This document shows positions 1-8,927 of a DNA stretch of 38,166 nt, piece by piece. Under the pieces are notes generated by a model that saw nothing but the letters and a program-made list of their open reading frames with translations, was not told the DNA's origin and did not search any database. A program made the position numbers and the translations under genes. Each line of letters opens with the position of its first letter. The first letter of the stretch is position 1. This DNA comes from a bacterium (GTDB taxonomy: Bacteria; SZUA-182; DTGQ01; JAFGSM01): the NCBI GenBank assembly GCA_049472355.1, contig JBLIRP010000029.1:1-38166 (forward strand), written 5' to 3'.

Positions 1-359
1 ACACAACATCTTGATATTTCAACCGTATCACATTCCTTTCTAATTGTATGATCGGGTCCCACCAAATCGATGAATTCATATTCCAGCATAAACCTTTTTT
101 CAGGTAATATAATTCTCAAAAATGCAAGCAATCTGTTTTTCTCATTAAATACTCCGAAAAATACCGCCTCAATATCGTAATTATCTATCTCCAAGCCATT
201 TCGTGCCTCCGGCCTCCAGCCCAACGTTTGACAGAATATCCTGTGCCTGAGCCGGTAGGCCTGCATTATTTCATCCGCATCCAATATGTTTTTTGCTGTT
301 AATCCTCCTTCAGAAATAACTATAGGGTGATCAATAACCCTACAGTTATTGTTCATCAT
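1..359 (-). CDS. luxI: Acyl-homoserine-lactone synthase (LuxI family), 5' part, runs off the window edge
   Basis: Manual translation from ATG 359: MMNNNCRVIDHPIVISEGGLTAKNILDADEIMQAYRLRHRIFCQTLGWRPEARNGLEIDNYDIEAVFFGVFNEKNRLLAFLRIILPEKRFMLEYEFIDLVGPDHTIRKECDTVEISRCC. It has the LuxI signature R..R..F...LGW, E.D.YD, R, ML...F, E.SR. Not in the supplied ORF track. Confidence 0.88.
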   Translation of the reverse strand, partial: MMNNNCRVIDHPIVISEGGLTAKNILDADEIMQAYRLRHRIFCQTLGWRPEARNGLEIDNYDIEAVFFGVFNEKNRLLAFLRIILPEKRFMLEYEFIDLVGPDHTIRKECDTVEISRCC

Positions 360-462
360 ATTGTTATATTCTTTTTTTAATTATATTATAACTGCATTTA
401 TCAAAGAGCTGTGCGTACCAAATTATTTATTCGGCACTTTTGTATAAAGAGAGCTAGTTACT

Positions 463-482
463 ACCTGCCCGATTGGACAGGT
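463..482. promoter_or_regulatory. lux box (LuxR-family operator)
   Basis: ACCTGCCCGATTGGACAGGT, 20 bp with ACCTG...CAGGT dyad ends; 15/20 identical to the V. fischeri lux box ACCTGTAGGATCGTACAGGT; lies between luxI and the divergent ORF. Confidence 0.85.
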
Positions 483-500
483 GCTTGAGAGGGAAAAAAT

Positions 501-509
501 TGATACTAT
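501..509 (+). promoter_or_regulatory. Extended -10 element (TGnTACTAT) of a probable LuxR-activated promoter
   Basis: TGATACTAT at 501-509 puts +1 near 516 and the lux box centre near -43, the class II activation geometry. Confidence 0.55.
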
Positions 510-554
510 GTGAAAGACACTATTGGATATGCCATGGACATCAAGAGGCGTAAA

Positions 555-1358
555 ATGATACACGGTTTTGAAAAAACACATGAAGGGATCTGTGTGTTTG
601 AAGGTTCCAAGTGGAGCCAGTGGCGCTTAGGTCCTGACCAATTACCTGCCGCAGCCGATTTCATCAAAATCGATTCGTCCGGGTATCAATGGAAGGGCAC
701 ACGGCTCGGGTTAAAGCTGCGTTATCAGCATCTGCTTGCACAAAGCTGGCTGATCTTAGGAATTGGCGTGGACCGGTTATTTGAATGGTCCTGCATAAAT
801 ATGGGGGACCTGCTACCGGATGATTCCACCTCTAACGAGGTACTGGTGCGAACCGCTGAGATAATGGAGGAACTGTTTTTTAATCGGCTCCTCAAGCAAC
901 TGGGTGCGGATTCATTCCATATAGACCTCTTCTCGCATGTGCCGAATATCCAGAACCTGCGGTTTGAAATTCAGTGTAAGTGCGGTGCCGGAGATGGGGG
1001 ATCGGACCCTTTTGAGGGTGGATTTGAAACCGGTTTGGGCATGCAGGATCATGTCACTCATATTGCGGAATTTGCAGAAAATCGTGATCAGGATAATGTT
1101 ATACTGTGCAGCCGGAGGGCGCTTGCCGAGGAAGAGATGTATCACCTTGACGATATATCGTTGGAGAATGGATCAAACCATTTTTTTGTTGAATCGGAAT
1201 ATCAAACAGGAAGCTCAATAATCAAAAAAATTACCATCTCCAAAAAGGTCTTTGGATCATATTTTTTGTCATTCTCATCTGGGGGGGAGTCATTGTATTT
1301 ACTATGGAATCACCGGCCGAATGTGGAGTCGGGGATGTTGCTGCTGGTAAAATATTAG
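555..1358 (+). CDS. Hypothetical protein (~267 aa) downstream of the lux box
   Basis: Long ORF (510..1358 in the track). ATG 555 is preferred because AAGAGG lies at 543-548 and GTG 510 abuts the -10 element. No family recognised. Confidence 0.65.
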   Translation: MIHGFEKTHEGICVFEGSKWSQWRLGPDQLPAAADFIKIDSSGYQWKGTRLGLKLRYQHLLAQSWLILGIGVDRLFEWSCINMGDLLPDDSTSNEVLVRTAEIMEELFFNRLLKQLGADSFHIDLFSHVPNIQNLRFEIQCKCGAGDGGSDPFEGGFETGLGMQDHVTHIAEFAENRDQDNVILCSRRALAEEEMYHLDDISLENGSNHFFVESEYQTGSSIIKKITISKKVFGSYFLSFSSGGESLYLLWNHRPNVESGMLLLVKY

Positions 1359-1483
1359 CTGGAGTGTCTTTCCGGTGGCCTTTTTAAAGAGATCCTGCAG
1401 CGTATGTGAACATTTCAAAATTATCGCGTATTCATATTGGAAAATATAGTATTTTCATTTTTCATGGCGCTCTGGGAGGGCAG

Positions 1484-1515
1484 GAGGGCTTGTTCCGATT
1501 TTGGATCGAGCCCTC
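1484..1515. terminator. Stem-loop between convergent genes
   Basis: GAGGGCT-TGTTCC...GGATCG-AGCCCTC imperfect inverted repeat just past the stop of the minus-strand Fe-S gene. Confidence 0.5.
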
Positions 1516-1525
1516 TCATAATTCC

Positions 1526-2701
1526 CTACAACGATTCCCACAGAAGTTCACTGATATCCTTGACCTCCATATCGATATGCATCACCTTGACGGCATCCTC
1601 AAACATCTGAAGGCAATATGGGCATGATACGGCAAGGACCTGTGCGCCCGTGTCGTGCAATTGGCGGATCCGCACATTCGTCATACGCTGATCCAAGGGA
1701 AGATCGAGCCAGAGACCGCCCCCGCCGCCACCGCAGCATATGCTGAATTGCCGATTGTAATTTTCAACCTCAACCAGCTCCAGGCCCGGAATACTGGAAA
1801 GCACCCTTCTGGGTTCCTCATAGATCCCGTTCTGCCGACCCAGGGTGCACGGGTCATGGTAAACGACTCGTTTATTCAATGGGTTCTTGGGGAGAATTTT
1901 TCCCTCCTCGATGAGCCGGGCAAAGATCTGGGTCTGGTGGAAGACCTCTGCTTTCATGCCAAGCTCCGGATAGTGGTTTTTGAATGTGGTATAGCAGTGC
2001 GGAGAGGTGGTGAGCACCTTGGTGACGCCTGAATTTTTGAATGAGGCGCTATTGGCCTTGGCCACCTTCTGGAAGACCTTTTCGGATCCCACCCTGCGGA
2101 TCGCCTCTCCACAGCATTCCTCATTCGCGCCCATGATGCCGAAGGGGATTTCAGCGGCCTGCAGTATCCTTGCGGTGGCCTGCGCCACTTTCTGCAGTCG
2201 TGGATCATATGCGGGAAGACAGCACGAAAAATAGAGATACTCCATCCCGGGCTGGAACATGGGCACATTCAGGCCCTCGCACCATTGAGCCCGTTTTTCC
2301 CTGGGTTCCCCCAATGGATTGCCGGTACTCTGGATCTTGGAGGCGGCTGATTTCAATTCCTGGGGCAGGGTGCCGTAATCCACAAATATCCTGCGTATGG
2401 CCCTGATGATGCCGGGTATGTCCACGCCGCGGGGACACTCCTTGACACATGCCTCGCACCCCACACATCCGAATACCTCCTTGACCTCGGCCTCGATCAC
2501 CTCCTTGTCCTCGCTGCTGGCGATAATGCCCAGCTTTACGGCCTGGGGTATCCTGTAGATGGGGAATTCAAAGGCCGCCACCTGAAACCAGGGGCAGACG
2601 CTGAAGCACTTCCCGCACTGATAGCATTTGAAGATATCCCCTGCACCCGCCTCGACGATGATCTCCCGAATCTCGGGAATGATCTGGATCGGTCCTGACA
2701 T
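1526..2701 (-). CDS. HdrD/GlpC-like Fe-S oxidoreductase (4Fe-4S dicluster plus two CCG domains)
   Basis: CYQCGKCFSVCP and CVGCEACVKECP ferredoxin motifs; ECCG..SPHC and YHDPC..CCGGGGG..SCPYC CCG domains; downstream of etfBA. Confidence 0.9.
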   Translation of the reverse strand: MSGPIQIIPEIREIIVEAGAGDIFKCYQCGKCFSVCPWFQVAAFEFPIYRIPQAVKLGIIASSEDKEVIEAEVKEVFGCVGCEACVKECPRGVDIPGIIRAIRRIFVDYGTLPQELKSAASKIQSTGNPLGEPREKRAQWCEGLNVPMFQPGMEYLYFSCCLPAYDPRLQKVAQATARILQAAEIPFGIMGANEECCGEAIRRVGSEKVFQKVAKANSASFKNSGVTKVLTTSPHCYTTFKNHYPELGMKAEVFHQTQIFARLIEEGKILPKNPLNKRVVYHDPCTLGRQNGIYEEPRRVLSSIPGLELVEVENYNRQFSICCGGGGGGLWLDLPLDQRMTNVRIRQLHDTGAQVLAVSCPYCLQMFEDAVKVMHIDMEVKDISELLWESL

Positions 2702-2791
2702 GTCGCTATCCCAGGTCCCTTCGGGTTGCCGGCCTTGACTGACGTATGAGCAGTTTTCTTATGCCCGGATGAATATTCCGGCTCATCCCGG

Positions 2792-3781
2792 TTAACATAC
2801 GCACTTTGCCCTCAATTCCTTGATTTTCTCCTTGAGGACCGGCACCACCTTATACAAATCATCCACTATGCCGTAATCCGCGATATTGAAGATGGGGGCA
2901 TTGGGGTCCTTATTGATGGCCACAATCATCTTTGCCCCCTTCATGCCGGTCATGTGCTGGCTCGAGCCGCTTATGCCGATGGCCACATAGAGTTTGGGAT
3001 TCACGATCTTTCCGGAGCTGCCGACCTGGCGATTTTTGGGCAGCCAGCCTGCATCCACCACCGGGCGTGAACAGGCCAGAACGCCTCCCATGGAATCGGC
3101 CAATTCTTCGACCATGGAGAGATCATCCTGTTCCTTGATGCCCCGGCCAACGGAGATAATAATGTCCGACTGCGTGATATCCACGTCCCCAATGGCCGCT
3201 TCCAGGTATTCCATGAACCTGCGGTGGGAGATATCCACATCACCGGGGGCCTTCACATTCTCGATTTCCGCCTCTCCACCATGGTGTGCCTCGGGTTGGA
3301 AGGCGCCCTGCTGAATTGTTGCAATATAGCCCGAACTCCCCTCTGCCCTTACCCGTGCATTTACCTTCCCCCCATACATCTGGCGTTCTGCCCACAGTCC
3401 GTTCCCTTCGAGATCGAGCCCGATGCAGTCCGTAACCAGGGGAAGACCCATTTCCGTGGCAAGGGATGGGGCCAGGTCCAGACCAAAGGCCGTGTGTCCG
3501 ATCAGGGTAAGGACCGGCTTCCTCTCCGTCAACAGGGGGACGAGGAGCCTCTGGTATGCCTCGGCGTTAAAGTTCCCTGCATTGGGATCATCGATACAAA
3601 TGATTTTGTCCGCATAATTCTTTAGTTGACCTGTAAATTCCTCGGTATGATCGGCCAGAAGCAAAGCGATAAGGGGGATTTCATTTTTTTGGGCCAACTG
3701 TCTTCCCATGGTGAGTATTTCAAAGGTGATATCCCTGATCTCACCCCTTCGATGTTCAACCAATACAAACAGTTCGCTCAT
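2792..3781 (-). CDS. etfA: Electron transfer flavoprotein alpha subunit
   Basis: [46 protein letters not shown]-domain motifs. Confidence 0.96.
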   Translation of the reverse strand: MSELFVLVEHRRGEIRDITFEILTMGRQLAQKNEIPLIALLLADHTEEFTGQLKNYADKIICIDDPNAGNFNAEAYQRLLVPLLTERKPVLTLIGHTAFGLDLAPSLATEMGLPLVTDCIGLDLEGNGLWAERQMYGGKVNARVRAEGSSGYIATIQQGAFQPEAHHGGEAEIENVKAPGDVDISHRRFMEYLEAAIGDVDITQSDIIISVGRGIKEQDDLSMVEELADSMGGVLACSRPVVDAGWLPKNRQVGSSGKIVNPKLYVAIGISGSSQHMTGMKGAKMIVAINKDPNAPIFNIADYGIVDDLYKVVPVLKEKIKELRAKCVC

Positions 3782-4569
3782 TATAACACCCCCTTACCCT
3801 TGAATAATTCCGCCAGTTTCATGGACACCTCTTCGGTTGAGCCTTCTATGATCTCTGCCCTTTTCGTAACGGGGGGGATATACAGCCTTTCGATCCGTAT
3901 TTTTGAGCCTGCCTCTCCTACTTCCTTTCCATCGAGTCCGATGTCGTTCAAGTCCATGGCTTCGATCTGTTTTTGTGCGGCCTTTCTGATACCGAGCATG
4001 GACGCATAGCGGGGTTTGTTGATCCCCGTTTGAATGGTCAGCAGGGCCGGAAGTCCCATCTCGAGGATCTCCAGCACCCCCCCTTCCAGTTCACGCTGAA
4101 CAACGGATGAGTGTTCCTTGATATCCACACGGGTTATGAAGGTGGCATGTGCAATGTCCAGTAATTCCGCCAAGGTCGGGCCCACTTGACAAAGGCCGTC
4201 GTCCGCTGCCATACAACCGGTGAGAATCAGATCGAATGGTCTTGTGCGGAGCGCCTGTGAAAGGATTCTGGCTATCGCATGCCCATCGGAATGGTCACAA
4301 TGATCGTCCCAGATCCTGATTGCCGTATCAGCCCCCTTGGCCAATCCCATCCGCAGTATGTCGTTGGCTTCTTCATCCCCCACGCTGATCACGGATACGG
4401 TCCCCCCCAATCGTTCCTTTATAAGGAGTGCCTCTTCAAGGGCATAGCTGTCCGCCTCATTGATGTCAAAGTTGAGATCTCCCATTTTGATCCCCTTTTC
4501 GGTACCATCAATGGTCACCGGAATCTCGGCGGTGTCGGGAACGCGCTTTATACAGACAATGATATCCAT
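3781..4569 (-). CDS. etfB: Electron transfer flavoprotein beta subunit
   Basis: MDIIVCIKRVPD, INEADSYALEEAL, GAD.A, RELEGG, INKPRY motifs; overlaps the etfA start by 1 nt. Confidence 0.96.
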   Translation of the reverse strand: MDIIVCIKRVPDTAEIPVTIDGTEKGIKMGDLNFDINEADSYALEEALLIKERLGGTVSVISVGDEEANDILRMGLAKGADTAIRIWDDHCDHSDGHAIARILSQALRTRPFDLILTGCMAADDGLCQVGPTLAELLDIAHATFITRVDIKEHSSVVQRELEGGVLEILEMGLPALLTIQTGINKPRYASMLGIRKAAQKQIEAMDLNDIGLDGKEVGEAGSKIRIERLYIPPVTKRAEIIEGSTEEVSMKLAELFKGKGVL

Positions 4570-4769
4570 ACAATTTTTCCTCCCTTATGCACGTGGATTG
4601 GCATTCACAGCATGAATGATTTTTTTTGAAATGGTTCTGATTACTATTCGTCCATAAGTGCCTTTTGAATCGAGAGTTATATCGATACCCCGTCGCACGG
4701 GGAGTCATTTTTTTGCTTCACATGATCTTCTTTACTATGCAAAGGTTATACGAGGGAATCGTGCAAGGC

Positions 4770-6536
4770 TCACTTTGATGAAAGGGCGGATTCATGAACA
4801 CGCGTTGGGATGCTACTGGTTTTTCCAGGTTCCACTGTGGACAATTCGAGCATGAAATCCTTCCCGGTGACCACGCTTAACGGGACAACAGGGATGTCTC
4901 CCTGTTCGGGCAGGATGATCCTCATTGGTGTTGCGCCGAGAATGTCCTTGCGGATGTCGATGCCCGGCATGACCGCCTTCAGCTCCATACCACGGGCGGT
5001 GAGCTCGAAGACCCCGGGTTCGGTGATATAGATCACCTTTTGCCCCTTACCGAGTGCCACCTTCCCATTGAAGGAGATTTCATCGACCTTGTCCACAAAC
5101 TTGGGCTTTCCGGGGGTTTCGATTCGTATCCCCATATCCGTAATCACAATACGGGCATGAGCCATCCAGGTGGACATGAAGATAACCACCTTTGCATGTG
5201 AGCTGAGATCAATAAATCCGCCCGGGCCAACATAATTGATAACGCCTTCACCCCTTTTGGATACATTGACATTCCCCTCGCCGTCAATCTGCAGTGCACC
5301 AAATATAGCCAGATCGAGTCCTTCCTCAGTCCTCTTGAACAACGCCGAGGCATCGATCATTTCCCTTGGAGAGATCGCCCCTCCGAAAAATATGCCGGGC
5401 GTTGGTATGCCCCCCACAATACCGGCCTCTGTAAAGAGGGTGATGTCTTCATCCAGAAGCCCGCTGTCATAGAGCAGGCAGCAGACCTCTTCAGGAAGCC
5501 CCACCCCGATATTCACATGGCAGCCTTTGAATGCGTGTTGTACGACCTGGGTAGCTGCAACTCGCGCCAGAACCGAATTGATTTCCGTCCGGATGGGGGT
5601 TATCCCCATAATTTTATTGATGAACCTGACCATCTCCAGCCCCTTGTCCGGTGACGCATTTCCGTGTAATGTCATGTGGGGAAAATGCCTGCGGTGGGGA
5701 AAGACCATTGTTTGTTCGGTCTTGGGATCGACCACAACGGCATCGATCTGATCACCCGAAAGAAAGATCTCATCATACCCCTCGTCCACAACCTGTCCCA
5801 CGTTGGCAATCACGATGCCATTGTTTTTTTTCGCTGCATGGGCGATGTCTCGATGATCGGATACCATGACGGCATTTTTCATATAGATATTCCCCCTGCG
5901 ATCCGCCGCTGGTGCGTTAAAGATGGCCACATTGATACAGGGCATTTCAAAGCGAAGTTTTTCCTCCTCGATGGTGACCAATTGGTGGTGTCCCTTACCG
6001 CCCACGGGGCTTCCTCTTCCGCATTCCGGATCCACAAAGGTTCCCTTGCCTGTTTCCGTTATGATCCAATTCTTCCCGTTCGCTTGCTGATTATAGAGTA
6101 AGGAGCAGAGTCCTTGCGGAATACAGTGAAGCTCCATTTTGTTTTTATCGGCAAGCCGTAAGAAGGATTTATATGTTTCAAGGTGTCCGGCAATAAGACG
6201 GGTGCAAAGCCCTTTGATGCCGATTTCTTCAAGCGTTGAGGGGATCTTACCCCGTCCGCCCTGCCCGCCCGCTGAGATGACCGTGAGCCGGCGAGGGTGT
6301 CCCGTTTTTCTGAACAGATGTTTAATGGCATAATACATTGCCGCGGGCCGTGCATTTCCGGCAAGACCGCTGAATGCAATGACATCACCATCATGAATCA
6401 TTGTGGCGGCATCGATGGCGCTTTTGAATTTCGGATTGTCTATGTTGACGTATCTGCGCCTTACATTATATCTGCCGATCGAAATACGCCACTGAATGAT
6501 CCGGGAGAGGATCCATGCCTTTGTGAGAATATTCAT
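4770..6536 (-). CDS. Family I acyl-CoA:carboxylate CoA-transferase, fused alpha/beta (YdiF/Pct type)
   Basis: PQG, G.GTFVDP, VNIGVGLPE, TEAG (catalytic Glu), GNVNVS, GPGGFIDLS, KFVDKVDEISFNG, YITE..VF.L, PGIDI motifs. Confidence 0.92.
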   Translation of the reverse strand: MNILTKAWILSRIIQWRISIGRYNVRRRYVNIDNPKFKSAIDAATMIHDGDVIAFSGLAGNARPAAMYYAIKHLFRKTGHPRRLTVISAGGQGGRGKIPSTLEEIGIKGLCTRLIAGHLETYKSFLRLADKNKMELHCIPQGLCSLLYNQQANGKNWIITETGKGTFVDPECGRGSPVGGKGHHQLVTIEEEKLRFEMPCINVAIFNAPAADRRGNIYMKNAVMVSDHRDIAHAAKKNNGIVIANVGQVVDEGYDEIFLSGDQIDAVVVDPKTEQTMVFPHRRHFPHMTLHGNASPDKGLEMVRFINKIMGITPIRTEINSVLARVAATQVVQHAFKGCHVNIGVGLPEEVCCLLYDSGLLDEDITLFTEAGIVGGIPTPGIFFGGAISPREMIDASALFKRTEEGLDLAIFGALQIDGEGNVNVSKRGEGVINYVGPGGFIDLSSHAKVVIFMSTWMAHARIVITDMGIRIETPGKPKFVDKVDEISFNGKVALGKGQKVIYITEPGVFELTARGMELKAVMPGIDIRKDILGATPMRIILPEQGDIPVVPLSVVTGKDFMLELSTVEPGKTSSIPTRVHESALSSK

Positions 6537-6968
6537 GGCCGACTCCTGCCTGTGAAATCATTCCGCAGTTCATGCCCCAAAAATTCGACCTGATCGTATC
6601 TCATTGCAAACAAGGCAAAAAAGCCCTTTTTTTAATTGCCTGGGATACCCCACGCCATTACTTATCGTTGGCGTGTACTCTATCTAAATCTTCGACCAAA
6701 AATGCCTAAATCTATAGATATGTGTCTGAATATGTTTACCATCATAAGGATCGGACGACCTTCTGAAAGAAAGAATTGAAATCACACCTGTCCGTACCCG
6801 ATAGCGATACCTTCTATGGCGTGGCATCCGATGCGGTATATTTTTTTCCCCTTGAGCGTATTATTTATGATGGGAGCTACTTTCACCTTTACACCACTAT
6901 TATTTAATAGTGAATAAAATCATATTGTTTATATAGATAATGGCATTATGCCTATTGAATATTAATAT

Positions 6969-6985
6969 TGGTACGTTGCTTGCTA
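6969..6985 (+). promoter_or_regulatory. sigma54 (-24/-12) promoter
   Basis: TGGTACGTTGCTTGCTA: GG 6970-71, exactly 10 nt, GC 6982-83; one mismatch to TGGCACG-N4-TTGCW; AT-rich tract upstream. Confidence 0.75.
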
Positions 6986-7027
6986 ATTTCATGAATAAGA
7001 AGAACTCTAAACAGGAGATCAACATCC

Positions 7028-7384
7028 ATGGTAGCCTCATTGTTTGCATTACACCATCAAACGATATGGTGCGGAAGGATCGTACAAATCATTTTCTGCC
7101 TCCTGATCCTCCTCATGTATCTGGATGGTGAGCACTATCCACAGTGTAGATGCATCTTTCCCGACGAGATCCTCGATCTTCCCTGTTTTTTCTCCCCATA
7201 TCGCATAGAGGAGGAAAAGGATATGAGCGCCGAAGATAGGGAAACCATTCACCATTTCCCTCTTTTCATGCACATGGATGTCCCCTTGAGGATTAATCGG
7301 GCAAAGGTAACGTGGGTGCGTGAATCCTTCCCTGCACAGGTTTTCGAAAAAAGGCTTTTTTCCCTGAAGCACTATAATTCATGA
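7028..7384 (+). CDS. Small hypothetical protein (118 aa) with one N-terminal hydrophobic segment
   Basis: AGGAG about 10 nt upstream, directly after the sigma54 promoter; IVQIIFCLLILLMYL hydrophobic stretch; no family recognised. Confidence 0.5.
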   Translation: MVASLFALHHQTIWCGRIVQIIFCLLILLMYLDGEHYPQCRCIFPDEILDLPCFFSPYRIEEEKDMSAEDRETIHHFPLFMHMDVPLRINRAKVTWVRESFPAQVFEKRLFSLKHYNS

Positions 7385-7562
7385 TATCTCCCCCTTTTTA
7401 CCCACTGATGTCTGGTGTCACTTTTCCTCCATGAATGCTGCAACAGAAAGAAGGTGAGAATATATAATTAATTATTACAAAGAGATATTACATGTGTGCC
7501 GACACATGATACAAGGTTAATGGTGTTTGATGTTCAAGGATGTTAAGGAGGTTTGATTTGAG

Positions 7563-8507
7563 ATGCAAAGGTTCATGAGTGGAGAAAAATCAAAATTTAT
7601 TAGTGCAGGTTTTGCTGCCCTCATACTGATTCTGATTGGTTCCTTCCTGGTTGTTTCCAATGTGATCGCCTACTATGGCCTTGGAGGGCTTTACGGCGGC
7701 GGCTTGTATGGTATGTATGGTCTGGGCGGTCTCGGTGGAATGTATGGCCTTGGCGGCCTAAGTAGCCTGTATGGTATGTACGGCCTTGGCGGTCTCGGCG
7801 GAATGTATGGCCTGGGCGGTCTAAGCAGCCTGTATGGTATGTACGGTCTGGGCGGTCTCGGCGGAATGTATGGTATGTACGGTCTGGGCGGCCTCGGTGG
7901 CCTGTATGGTATGTATGGTCTGGGCGGCCTCGGTGGAATGTATGGTATGTACGGTCTGGGCGGCCTCGGTGGAATGTATGGCCTGTACGGCTTGGGATTG
8001 GGTGGTCTTATGGGCGGTCTCTATGGATTGGGAGGGGTGGGTACACTTCTTTCAAGCCTTTTGTCCAGTCCGCAGACAGCAGCAACGCCGGTAATGCCGG
8101 CACCTGCCACGGCCACAGTATCCGCACTTCTGCCCCTGGTGCCCCTTCCCCTGTTTATAGCAGAGCAGGCAGGCACCTGGATGGGCACGTGGACCAATGG
8201 GCTTCTTGCAGGACAGATGACCCTGAACCTGATCGATGCCCTTGGTCTCATCACCGGCACTGCGCAGCTCCTTGGGAATCCATCGCTGGGCTCCCTGGTT
8301 GATGTGACGGGAACGGCATTGAATGCCCAGATCACCCTGAGCGGAACCGGCGTGGGTCTGGGAGGTATGACGTTTGCGCTCGATCTGGTCGGAATCCTCG
8401 TGACTGCTGCCACGATGACCGGCACCTACTCCATCATCAACACCAGCGGCGGAACGGTCGTTGACCAAGGAAGGTTCGAATTGTCCCTCATTGCTCCCAT
8501 TATCTAA
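7563..8507 (+). CDS. Secreted Gly/Tyr/Leu/Met-rich repeat protein with C-terminal beta-rich domain (paralog 1)
   Basis: AAGGAGG RBS; signal peptide ending VIA/YYG; 8 copies of MYGLGGL; Pro/Ala/Thr linker; C-terminal ~115 aa domain starting AEQAGTWMGTW. Confidence 0.88.
   Translation: MQRFMSGEKSKFISAGFAALILILIGSFLVVSNVIAYYGLGGLYGGGLYGMYGLGGLGGMYGLGGLSSLYGMYGLGGLGGMYGLGGLSSLYGMYGLGGLGGMYGMYGLGGLGGLYGMYGLGGLGGMYGMYGLGGLGGMYGLYGLGLGGLMGGLYGLGGVGTLLSSLLSSPQTAATPVMPAPATATVSALLPLVPLPLFIAEQAGTWMGTWTNGLLAGQMTLNLIDALGLITGTAQLLGNPSLGSLVDVTGTALNAQITLSGTGVGLGGMTFALDLVGILVTAATMTGTYSIINTSGGTVVDQGRFELSLIAPII
7671..8040 (+). repeat. In-frame coding tandem repeats, (L/M)YG-MYGLGGL(GG/SS)
   Basis: 27- and 36-nt units such as ATGTACGGTCTGGGCGGCCTCGGTGGA with synonymous variation between copies. 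Confidence 0.92.
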
Positions 8508-8569
8508 TGCAACCGATGGGAACCGAGGAATCGTTTGATTCGCCGTTGTTGAATGCAAGTGGTTATGAA

Positions 8570-8612
8570 AGGCGGGATTGTCCTCATCTCTCCAGGCAAA
8601 TCCCGCCTGTTT
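8570..8612 (+). terminator. Probable intrinsic terminator or stem-loop after paralog 1
   Basis: AGGCGGGATT (8570-79) pairs with AATCCCGCCT (8599-8608), followed by GTTT. Confidence 0.55.
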
Positions 8613-8704
8613 GATCCGGTTCAACGCCCTTCTTTGGGCGGAATGGAAAAAAGATGCACCCAGGGATAAAAAGCTTCGGTACTTAGATAAAAGATACGTA
8701 AAAA

Positions 8705-8927
8705 ATGATAACGGGTGAAAGGAATTAATGCAGAGAACAATTTATTGGTATATTGGAAGATGATAACGAGTGCAAAGAGCAAATGCAGAGACTATCTTGT
8801 CGTTTCCTTGGAAAATGATGACGAGTGCAAAGAGCAAATACAAAGAGCCTCTTATTGGATTTGAGGATGATAATGGGTTCAAATCAGCAAATGCAAAGAA
8901 AATAGTATTGTCTTATTAGGAAGGAGG
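8705..8927 (+). repeat. Non-coding degenerate tandem array, 4 units of 55/55/52/61 nt
   Basis: Units start at 8705, 8760, 8815 and 8867 with consensus ATGATAACGAGTGCAAAGAGCAAATGCAGAGA plus a more variable T-rich tail ending in GGAAG, GGAAA, GAGG or GGAGG. Confidence 0.85.

Noticed and set aside
510..554. GTG 510 as the start of the unknown ORF
   Set aside because: It abuts the predicted -10 element and would lie upstream of +1; ATG 555 has a better RBS.
6786..6805. Second lux box
   Set aside because: Only one half-site (ACCTGTCC) matches; there is no dyad partner.
7671..8040. RiPP precursor with repeated core peptides
   Set aside because: It has a Sec signal and a folded C-terminal domain, and no modifying enzymes, peptidase or ABC exporter are nearby.
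8705..8927. CRISPR array or TIGR/box C-D guide array
   Set aside because: The repeats are degenerate and non-palindromic, the variable parts are short and resemble each other, no cas or Nop-domain gene is in the window, and the ATGATGA box-C-like word has no CTGA box D partner.
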